Assembly (NCBI GenBank): GCA_036339235.1
Contig: JAYZCA010000287.1
Location: 1-40,343 of the forward strand
From: Candidatus Latescibacterota bacterium
Lineage (GTDB): Bacteria > Latescibacterota > UBA2968 > UBA8231
Length of the DNA: 40,343 bases
Reading direction: 5' to 3'
In this document: positions 18,613-25,740 of the stretch, in pieces
Numbering within the stretch: the first letter of the stretch is position 1
How the letters are laid out: each line of letters begins with the position of its first letter
Translations under genes and position numbers: made by a program
The notes under the pieces: model-generated
Database searches by the model: none
Seen by the model: only the letters and a program-made list of their open reading frames with translations
What the model was told of the DNA's origin: nothing

Positions 18613-20124
18613 ATGAAGCGTCCAAATATCCTGTTCATCGTCTCCGACCAGATGGTCGCGGAGTTGACATCGGCGTACGGACATCCTCTCGTGCAAACGC
18701 CGCATCTGTCGCGGCTCGCCGAGGAGGGCGTGCGCTTCGATTCGGCGTACACACCGTTCCCGTTGTGCGCGCCCGGTCGGGCCTGCATCGTGTCGGGCCG
18801 TCACGCCTCCGAGATCGGCGCCTGGGACAACGGGGCCCCCCTGACCTGCGATCATCCCACCTTCGCCACCTACCTGGCCGCCGCCGGCTACGACACGGTT
18901 CTGTCGGGCAAGATGCACTTCGTCGGGCCCGACCAGCTGCACGGCTTCCGCCAGCGGCTGACGACGGACATCTACTCCTCGGACTTCGGCTGGGTCAAAG
19001 AAGAGTGGATCGGCATCAAGGAGACACGGGGCGCCGACTTCGACGAGGTCATGGGCGACCGCAACCGCTACAACGCCGCCGGCTACACGGGTGACGCGGT
19101 GCACGTCGACCGCTGGCATACGGCTCTCAGCTACGACGAGGAAACCCACTTCCGCGCCGTCGAGTACCTGAGGGCCCAGGGCCAGGCGGGAGACCAGGAA
19201 CGGCCCTTCCTGCTGGTCGCGTCCTACCATCACCCGCACGAGCCGTTCTGGCCACCGCAGGCCTACTGGGACATGTATGCCGATGCCGACGTCGACATCG
19301 CCGAGTTCCCCGCCGGTTTCGAGGCCGGGCGTTCGCAGATGGATCTCAACCTGAACGCCTACCACGGAGTCACACGCTCCGATCTACGCGACGCCGACAG
19401 CATGCGCCGGTTGCGGAGTGCCTACCACGGACTGACGACATACATGGACGACAAGGTCGGCGGACTGCTGGCGACGCTGCAGGAGACGGGGCTGGCGGAC
19501 AACACCGTCGTCGTCTTCGCCTCCGATCACGGCGACATGTTGTGCGAGCGCGAGATGGTGCAGAAGCGCTGTTTCTACGAGTGGTCGGCGCGGGTGCCTC
19601 TGATCGTCCGTTTCCCCGACGGCTGGAAGAAGGGGACGACGATGACGACGCCCGTGTCGCTCCTCGATCTGCTGCCGACGTTCAACGACCTGGCCGGGGT
19701 GCAGGAGGCGTTGCCCCACGACGGCGACAGCCTGATCCCGCTACTTGAGTCCGGCGAAGATGCGGACCGAGTCGTCTTCTCTCAGGCGCACGAGGCGGTG
19801 GGCATGCCGTGTATCATGGCGCGGCAGGGACGGTACAAATACAACTACATCCACGGCTATGACCCGCAACTGTTCGATCTGGAGGCGGATCCGAAGGAAT
19901 GGACGAACCTGGCAAGGCAGGTGGGTCATGACGACACAGCGGCGCGACTGCGGGGGATGATCCTCGAGCGCTTCGGCGACCCCGACGTGATGCACCAGAA
20001 CAACCTCGAGAGTCTCTACCGGCGCCGGTTGATCGCCGGCGTCATGAAGGACTACGGGCAGACGTGGAGCCACGATCCGGCCCTCGATCACCGCAAAGGG
20101 GCGATGCAGCAGTATCTGCCGTGA
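18613..20124 (+). CDS. betC: Choline-sulfatase-family (BetC-like) Cys-type sulfatase, no signal peptide
   Basis: The protein reads MKRPNILFIVSDQ...PLCAPGRACIVSGR...SGKMHFVGPDQLHGFRQRLTTDIYSSDFGW. The last block is nearly identical to the corresponding block of rhizobial BetC as I remember it. GGAGGGGG lies upstream of the ATG. No betA/betB is nearby, so the substrate is not implied. Confidence 0.8.
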   Translation: MKRPNILFIVSDQMVAELTSAYGHPLVQTPHLSRLAEEGVRFDSAYTPFPLCAPGRACIVSGRHASEIGAWDNGAPLTCDHPTFATYLAAAGYDTVLSGKMHFVGPDQLHGFRQRLTTDIYSSDFGWVKEEWIGIKETRGADFDEVMGDRNRYNAAGYTGDAVHVDRWHTALSYDEETHFRAVEYLRAQGQAGDQERPFLLVASYHHPHEPFWPPQAYWDMYADADVDIAEFPAGFEAGRSQMDLNLNAYHGVTRSDLRDADSMRRLRSAYHGLTTYMDDKVGGLLATLQETGLADNTVVVFASDHGDMLCEREMVQKRCFYEWSARVPLIVRFPDGWKKGTTMTTPVSLLDLLPTFNDLAGVQEALPHDGDSLIPLLESGEDADRVVFSQAHEAVGMPCIMARQGRYKYNYIHGYDPQLFDLEADPKEWTNLARQVGHDDTAARLRGMILERFGDPDVMHQNNLESLYRRRLIAGVMKDYGQTWSHDPALDHRKGAMQQYLP

Positions 20125-20252
20125 GAGCGTCTGTGACACGGATCCTGACCGTACTGGCAGGCACGCTGATCGCGTCTCCGGCTCTGGCTTACGTGAAGTG
20201 GTTCAGCGAGTTCAGCTACGCGGACCGGCCATTGCTATTATGCTATTACTAG
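20121..20252 (+). pseudogene. Possible 5' fragment (43 codons) of a membrane/secreted protein gene
   Basis: A GTG overlapping the sulfatase stop opens VRASVTRILTVLAGTLIASPALAYVKWFSEFSYADRP. This looks like the signal peptide plus (A/Y)(H/V)KWF start of a longer protein family, but it terminates after LLLCYY in an AT-rich patch. Confidence 0.3.
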
Positions 20253-20452
20253 AGGCGTTGTCGCCGGCGGTTTTTGTGTTAGCTGGCCTCAGCGCTGTGG
20301 CGGTTTCGCGGCAGACGGTGAACGCTATCGAAAAGGGGAAGTCTGATCCCAGTCTGCCGCTGGCCTTTCGGGCGGCCCGGCTGTTCGGCATGCCAATCGA
20401 AGAGATCTTCCTGGACGAGGCCGTCCAGTTTGACGAGGGACGTCAGCCATGA
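20240..20452 (+). CDS. Small XRE-type HTH protein with non-homologous, hydrophobic N-terminal third (possibly degenerate)
   Basis: The C-terminal two-thirds, VSRQTVNAIEKGKSDPSLPLAFRAARLFGMPIEEIF, is the conserved recognition helix and tail of the ~68-aa XRE regulators. The usual charged helix 1-2 is replaced by MLLLEALSPAVFVLAGLSAVA. The stop overlaps the next gene's start (ATGA). Confidence 0.45.
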   Translation: MLLLEALSPAVFVLAGLSAVAVSRQTVNAIEKGKSDPSLPLAFRAARLFGMPIEEIFLDEAVQFDEGRQP

Positions 20453-21639
20453 ACGACGAACGCGCGAGCCTGTTGCGGGACGGTTATGTCATCGTCCGTG
20501 GGGTGGTCCCGCCGGACGAACTGGAGGACACCCGTCGTGTCTTCGAAATCCTGGTGGATCGGCAGCGCCGCGTCTGGGAGCGGGAGCGGGGCCCGAAGGA
20601 CCCTCCGGGCGGCGCCTGGGAAACCTCGGCACAGCCGCGGCTGGTCTCCTTCGACGGACTCGTCGAAAGTGGTGAAGAAGCGGCGGCGGTGGAGTTGCTG
20701 TTGGGCCGCCCTCTCGAGGTGAGTCGCCGGATCATGAGCGCAGCGGTGGCGCCGACGCAGTTCATGATGATGTGCAATCCCACGAGCGACCACGGCCCCG
20801 CCGCCTGGCACCGCGACATCCATCCCATCGATCAGGCGCCCATCGTCGGCCTCCAGCAGGACCTGCTGGCCAACGGCCCCGGATACCTGCAGTGGAACCT
20901 CGCCCTCCACGACGACGATGTGCTTTGGGTCGTACTCGGCAGTCACATGCGGCCCAACACGGACGATGAAAGCCAGCACCTCGCCGAGGATGCGCGACGC
21001 CCGCTTCCGGGGGCCCTGCAGGTCGAACTGGGGGCCGGCGACGGCGTCGTCTACTCCAACCTCATCCTGCACTGGGGGAGTGATTACAGCACGAAGCGCC
21101 GACGGACCGTGCACTTCGGGTTCCGCTCCTTCGGAGGCGACCTGTTCCCCTATGTCCTCGGTCTGCACCGTCGCGGCGACGTAACAGCCCACCTGGGCGA
21201 GGCGGCGAGCGCCGCCTGGCGGGAGCATCGCAGGCTTTACGTCGTGGAGTGTGATACCCTTGAAGCCGTGTTCAGAGCTGCCATCGCCGGCGACGCGGAG
21301 GCGTTTCGGCAGGGCGTGGTGCGGCTGCATCCTGGACCGCGGCATCGCGAGGTTTGCCTCATCCTGCTGTCGAAGCTGGCGCGCAAGCTGTGCTTCGACG
21401 GGCATCCCGAACGTCCAGGTTACGGCGGAGACTTCACCCAGGAACGAGAACTGGCGCCACGCTTCACGTCCGACGACCTGGAGCTGCTGTGGCAGCGCTT
21501 TCTACCCATCGACGAAGTACTGCTGGCGCCTGGCGGCCAAGAATACGTGCCGGGCTACCAGTCGGGACCGATGAGCTATCGGTTCGAGAGTATGCCCGAG
21601 GATCTTTCGCTGGAAGGATTCCTGGCCGGTTGGGACTGA
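20449..21639 (+). CDS. PhyH-family Fe(II)/2-oxoglutarate dioxygenase with extra C-terminal region
   Basis: The protein reads LLRDGYVIVRGVVPPDEL...AAWHRDIHP (HxD)...VVYSNLILHWGSDY...RRTVHFGF and is 396 aa. Confidence 0.8.
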   Translation: MNDERASLLRDGYVIVRGVVPPDELEDTRRVFEILVDRQRRVWERERGPKDPPGGAWETSAQPRLVSFDGLVESGEEAAAVELLLGRPLEVSRRIMSAAVAPTQFMMMCNPTSDHGPAAWHRDIHPIDQAPIVGLQQDLLANGPGYLQWNLALHDDDVLWVVLGSHMRPNTDDESQHLAEDARRPLPGALQVELGAGDGVVYSNLILHWGSDYSTKRRRTVHFGFRSFGGDLFPYVLGLHRRGDVTAHLGEAASAAWREHRRLYVVECDTLEAVFRAAIAGDAEAFRQGVVRLHPGPRHREVCLILLSKLARKLCFDGHPERPGYGGDFTQERELAPRFTSDDLELLWQRFLPIDEVLLAPGGQEYVPGYQSGPMSYRFESMPEDLSLEGFLAGWD

Positions 21640-21646
21640 ACTTCGG

Positions 21647-22477
21647 CTACCAGTCCATCAGGCTGCGCAAGTAGGTTGCCGCTTTGGGCACGGCCGTCGC
21701 CTCAGCCTCGGCATCCTGACCTTCGTAGACGATCGAACACCAGCCGTTGTAGTCGACACCCTTGAGGATGTCCATGATCCTCGGATAATCGAGCCACTCT
21801 TCGGTACCGCTCTGGATGCGGTAGATCTTGCAGCGTACATGCACCGCCAGGGGCGCAGTCTCCTCGATGGATCCGTAGAAGTTGAGGGACGGATCTTCCG
21901 TGCCACGGGCGCCGGAGGCGCCGGGCGAACCGACGTACTGCCCCGTGTCGAGGATGTGCGAGAAATACGGGTTGTCGACGCCGTCGATGATACGGCGCAC
22001 GTCCTTTCCGGTGCGCGTGACGCAGCCGTGGTTGTGATTGTGCAGTCCGAGGACGATGCCTTTCTCCTGACCATAGGCGGCGACCTCTTTCAGGCAGGGC
22101 ATCATGCGCTCGTAGACGGCCTCCTCCGTGTCGCCCTCGGGGACCCAGGCGGCGAAGACGCGGACCATGGGGATACCCATGAAGTGGGCGACATCGATCC
22201 AGTGCCTGGCCGTCGTCACCTGCTCGTCCAGCTTGTCGCCCGCGGGCACACCGAAGTTGGAGCTGACGCCGATGTAGGACAGGGCGATACCCTTCTTCAG
22301 CGCGTGCATACGGATGCTCCGCAGGTAGGCTGGGTCCTCAGAGGCGAAGGCGCGGGTATGGAGGTCGATGCCGTCGAGGCGCAACCCATGGGCACGATCG
22401 ATGAAACCGTCGAGGTCGAGGGTGCCGGCGGCGAATTCATCTTTGTAGCTCAGGGACATACAACCAAGCTTCAGCAT
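21647..22477 (-). CDS. Xylose-isomerase-like TIM-barrel protein (sugar phosphate isomerase/epimerase family)
   Basis: From ATG 22477 the protein reads MLKLGCMSLSY...GIDLH...HFMGIPMVRVF...VLGLHNHNHG...WCSIVYEG. The track start 22801 adds 108 low-complexity residues and was rejected. Confidence 0.8.
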   Translation of the reverse strand: MLKLGCMSLSYKDEFAAGTLDLDGFIDRAHGLRLDGIDLHTRAFASEDPAYLRSIRMHALKKGIALSYIGVSSNFGVPAGDKLDEQVTTARHWIDVAHFMGIPMVRVFAAWVPEGDTEEAVYERMMPCLKEVAAYGQEKGIVLGLHNHNHGCVTRTGKDVRRIIDGVDNPYFSHILDTGQYVGSPGASGARGTEDPSLNFYGSIEETAPLAVHVRCKIYRIQSGTEEWLDYPRIMDILKGVDYNGWCSIVYEGQDAEAEATAVPKAATYLRSLMDW

Positions 22478-22601
22478 GGTACGGCGGGTCTCCCGGTCAA
22501 TGGTGAAGGCGGGCCGAATATAGGCCGGTGCGTTTGCGGGGACCAACGACCACTCGAGAGCCCCTCGGCACGGCAGGAGAGGTTTCGTAGACTTCCCTGC
22601 G

Positions 22602-23210
22602 ATGCCTGACGAAGACTCACAGGACGTACTCGACACCAGCGCCGCGAGAGGGGAGGACGAGCTGCAGCAGCTGTACGGCCGCGTCGACACAGAGGCGTCG
22701 CGCCTTTGGGCGCTGCACGGGGAGCGTCTCGTGTGCCGGCGGGGCTGCTCCATGTGCTGTGTCGACGACATCACCGTCGTCGCCGTCGAGGCCGAAAACA
22801 TCCGCAGCCATCACGCGCAGCTGCTGCGTGACAGCACCCCGCACGAGGTGGGCATGTGTGCCTTCCTCGACGCCGAGGGAGCCTGCCGCATCTACCCCCA
22901 GCGACCGTACGTGTGCCGCAGCCAGGGGGCGCCCCTGCGCTGGACCGACCACGACGAGGAGGGAAACATCGTCGAGCTGCGCGATATCTGTCCGCTCAAC
23001 GAAGCCGGAAAGCCGATCGAGGAACTTCCCGCCGCCGCCTGCTGGAGCATCGGCTGGGCGGAGGGTGCGCTGGCGCAGCTGCAGAGCCGCCTCGACGGTC
23101 GCGACGAGCTGTCCTTCGATGGCGACGAGGATGACGAGCCTGATACTGCCCCGGGGCGAGTCGCTCTGCGCGATCTGTTTGAGAAGCGCACCCCGGAGTC
23201 GTCTTCATGA
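22602..23210 (+). CDS. YkgJ-family cysteine-cluster (putative Zn/Fe-chelating) protein with acidic C-terminal tail
   Basis: The protein reads VCRRGCSMCCVDD...CAFLDAEGACRIYPQRPYVCRS, the CxxxCxxCC...C.F....C.IY..RP..CR pattern. Confidence 0.7.
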   Translation: MPDEDSQDVLDTSAARGEDELQQLYGRVDTEASRLWALHGERLVCRRGCSMCCVDDITVVAVEAENIRSHHAQLLRDSTPHEVGMCAFLDAEGACRIYPQRPYVCRSQGAPLRWTDHDEEGNIVELRDICPLNEAGKPIEELPAAACWSIGWAEGALAQLQSRLDGRDELSFDGDEDDEPDTAPGRVALRDLFEKRTPESSS

Positions 23211-23977
23211 AGGTCGACCTCGCCGATCGCGTGGCCCTGGTCACAGGCGCGGCGCGCGGCATCGGCCGCGCCATCGCCGACCTTCTGGGGGCCAACGGCG
23301 CGCACGTGGTCTACACGGATGTCGATGAGGCGGCACTGGCGTCGATCACGGGCGCCGACACCCGATGCCTGGACGTGACCGACGTGGACGGCACGCAGCA
23401 GACGGTCGATGCCATCATCGCCGATCACGGGCGTATCGACATCCTGGTGAACAACGCCGGCGTCAACACCGCCGACCACCGCGTGCCCATCGACGAGTTT
23501 CCGAAGGCGGAGTGGGACCGGCTCCTGGCCGTCGATCTGGATGGCCCCTATCACGTCAGCAAGGCGGTGATCCCGTCGATGCGGACACAGCAGTACGGGC
23601 GCATCATCAACATCTCCTCCATCGCCGGCCTGGTGCCACTACGCCTGCAGAGCGCCTTTGTCGCCGCCAAGGCGGGAGTCGTCAACCTGACGAAGTCGAT
23701 GGCCATCGAACTGGGTTCGGCGGGCATCCTCGTCAACGCTGTAGCGCCCGGCTCGACGCTGACGGACGGCACGCGTCAGCTGTTCTACGGGGACGACGGC
23801 ATGTTCCGCGAGTCGATGCAGGAGCTGCTCGCTCACATCCCGCTGGGCCGCCCCGGCGACGTGGAGGAGATCGCCCACGCTGTGTTGTTTCTGGCGGCGC
23901 CGGAGAGCAGCTACGTAAACGGCCACGTCCTCGTCGTCGACGGCGGCTGGACCGCGGGCTACGTGCGCAACTTCTAA
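23207..23977 (+). CDS. Short-chain dehydrogenase/reductase (FabG-like) with non-canonical catalytic positions
   Basis: The cofactor motif is TGAARGIGRAIA with NNAG. The expected YxxxK reads FVAAK (TTT at 23657-23659), as described in the finding. Confidence 0.8.
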   Translation: MKVDLADRVALVTGAARGIGRAIADLLGANGAHVVYTDVDEAALASITGADTRCLDVTDVDGTQQTVDAIIADHGRIDILVNNAGVNTADHRVPIDEFPKAEWDRLLAVDLDGPYHVSKAVIPSMRTQQYGRIINISSIAGLVPLRLQSAFVAAKAGVVNLTKSMAIELGSAGILVNAVAPGSTLTDGTRQLFYGDDGMFRESMQELLAHIPLGRPGDVEEIAHAVLFLAAPESSYVNGHVLVVDGGWTAGYVRNF

Positions 23978-23989
23978 CCTGAGTGGAGA

Positions 23990-24421
23990 ATGCTGATGGC
24001 GAAGATCACCGAGTTCAAGGGCTACGCGGCGGGGGACGAGGTTCCGGGGCCGCCGAAACCGGAGTCGCCGCCTGATCCCATGATCGTCAGTGCCCAGGAC
24101 GGCGTGCCCGTCGTCTACCCCGGCTGTGACGGCGTCGGCGTACGCGTCGTACACCCGGTCAATGAGAAGGCGCCGGCCAGGGACATGGGCCTGGTGCTGT
24201 TCTACCTACCGCCCCACGTCGTGCTGGAACCGGGGTCGCACCCCACGGAGGAGACGTACGTCATCATGGAGGGGGAGGGTTGCATGACCTTCGCACGCTA
24301 CGAGCGCGACGTGAAGAAGGGGGACTTCATCTACCTGCCGCCGTGGTGCCTACACGGCATCGAAAACACCGGCCGCGAGACCCTCGTGGTCCTCATCTGC
24401 ACATCGCCGCCGAATCCATGA
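23990..24421 (+). CDS. Cupin-domain protein
   Basis: The 143-aa protein reads LPPHVVLEPGSHPTEETYVIMEGEG...GDFIYLPPWCLHGIENTG, which are cupin motifs 1 and 2. Confidence 0.75.
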   Translation: MLMAKITEFKGYAAGDEVPGPPKPESPPDPMIVSAQDGVPVVYPGCDGVGVRVVHPVNEKAPARDMGLVLFYLPPHVVLEPGSHPTEETYVIMEGEGCMTFARYERDVKKGDFIYLPPWCLHGIENTGRETLVVLICTSPPNP

Positions 24422-24449
24422 CTCGACTGATCGAACCGAGACCGAACCG

Positions 24450-24776
24450 GTGGCCACAGCGCTCGACGCGCCCGACTCGGAGGCGCTGCTGTCGAGAATC
24501 CCCTCCACGGGAGACCTGCTGCTGTGGAATGACGTGGCGTCGGAGCGTGTTACGCCGCGCACACCGCTGACGACGGCGATCTCACGGGATGAGGGTAACA
24601 CCTGGGATCTTGTGGGCAACATCGATGACCGCGAGAATTTCCACGTGGCGTACCCGTCGGCCTACTTCCTGGATGACGAAGTGATCATCACTTACCACAC
24701 TCGGGACAACGAGCGCTGGGCGCGCGACTCCGAGGTGACTCTGAAGATTTTCGATGTCAAAGACTTCTACGCATAG
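24450..24776 (+). pseudogene. 3' remnant (about last 110 codons) of a BNR/sialidase-like beta-propeller gene
   Basis: The sequence IPSTGDLLLWNDV...RTPLTTAISRDEGNTWDLVGNID...VAYPSAYFLDDEVIITYH contains one SxDxGxTW (BNR) repeat plus the C-terminal blade of proteins that are normally 350-400 aa. Homology begins right at the cupin stop. Confidence 0.55.
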
Positions 24777-24788
24777 AAAGGCAAACGG

Positions 24789-25739
24789 ATGAGCACGGGC
24801 AGACTGGCAGGCAGGGCGGCGATTGTCACCGGCGGAGCACAGGGGATCGGCGGGGGCTGCGCGCAGCGACTGGCAGCCGACGGCGCGCAGGTGCTGATTG
24901 TCGACACCGACGGTGACCTGGCGCAGTCCACCGCCCGGCGCATCGCGGATGCCGGCGGTACGGCGGCCGTCTTTGTGGGCGATATCTCGAAGCAGGAGAC
25001 GGCCCAGGGCATGGTGAAGGATGTGGTGTCGCGGTACGGACGCCTCGACATTCTCGTGCAGAACGCTTTCGGGGTGGGCTCCTCGACTTTCGGCGGCGGC
25101 TCTCTCGACGTCGAGCCCGAAGGCTGGCAGAGCGGCCTCGACGTGCTCATGGGCGCCCTGTATCTCGGGGCGAAACACGCGGTGCCGGCAATGGAGGCGT
25201 CCGGCGTACCGGATGGCTTCGACACGGCTCCGTACGGGCGGATCGGCATGCATACGGGCGAGCCACCGAAGACGGAGGTGGGGCGAATCGTCAACATGTC
25301 ATCGGTGCACGGTCTGCTGCAGGCGGCAGGCATGCTCGTCTATGAGGCGGGAAAGGCAGCCGTCATCGGCATGACCCGGCAGATGGCCATCGACTTCAGT
25401 CCGCTGGGGATCACGGTGAATGCCATTGCACCGGGGCACATCGTCACCGAGAAGTTGGACGCCACCTGGCGTGAGAACGGCAACGATGCGGGGTACCGGC
25501 TGTTCGAGCTGCAGTATCCGGTGCGCCGGCTCGGCATGCCGGAGGACGTGGGTAGTGCTGTGGCTTTTCTGTGTTCACCGGAAGCCAGCTTCATCAGCGG
25601 AGTGACCCTGCCCGTTGACGGCGGACTGTCGATTCAACTGCAGGAGAACATCGTGATGGAGGTGAAGCAGCACATACAGAAGAACCCCGACATTCGCACG
25701 GTTTTCGATGGCTTCGGCGCCATGAAGTCACGCGAGTAG
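24789..25739 (+). CDS. SDR-family oxidoreductase with an internal insertion and C-terminal extension
   Basis: The protein reads AAIVTGGAQGIGGG...NMSSVHG...VYEAGKAAV (YxxxK). An insertion of about 35 aa precedes the Ser. Confidence 0.8.
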   Translation: MSTGRLAGRAAIVTGGAQGIGGGCAQRLAADGAQVLIVDTDGDLAQSTARRIADAGGTAAVFVGDISKQETAQGMVKDVVSRYGRLDILVQNAFGVGSSTFGGGSLDVEPEGWQSGLDVLMGALYLGAKHAVPAMEASGVPDGFDTAPYGRIGMHTGEPPKTEVGRIVNMSSVHGLLQAAGMLVYEAGKAAVIGMTRQMAIDFSPLGITVNAIAPGHIVTEKLDATWRENGNDAGYRLFELQYPVRRLGMPEDVGSAVAFLCSPEASFISGVTLPVDGGLSIQLQENIVMEVKQHIQKNPDIRTVFDGFGAMKSRE

Positions 25740-25740
25740 A

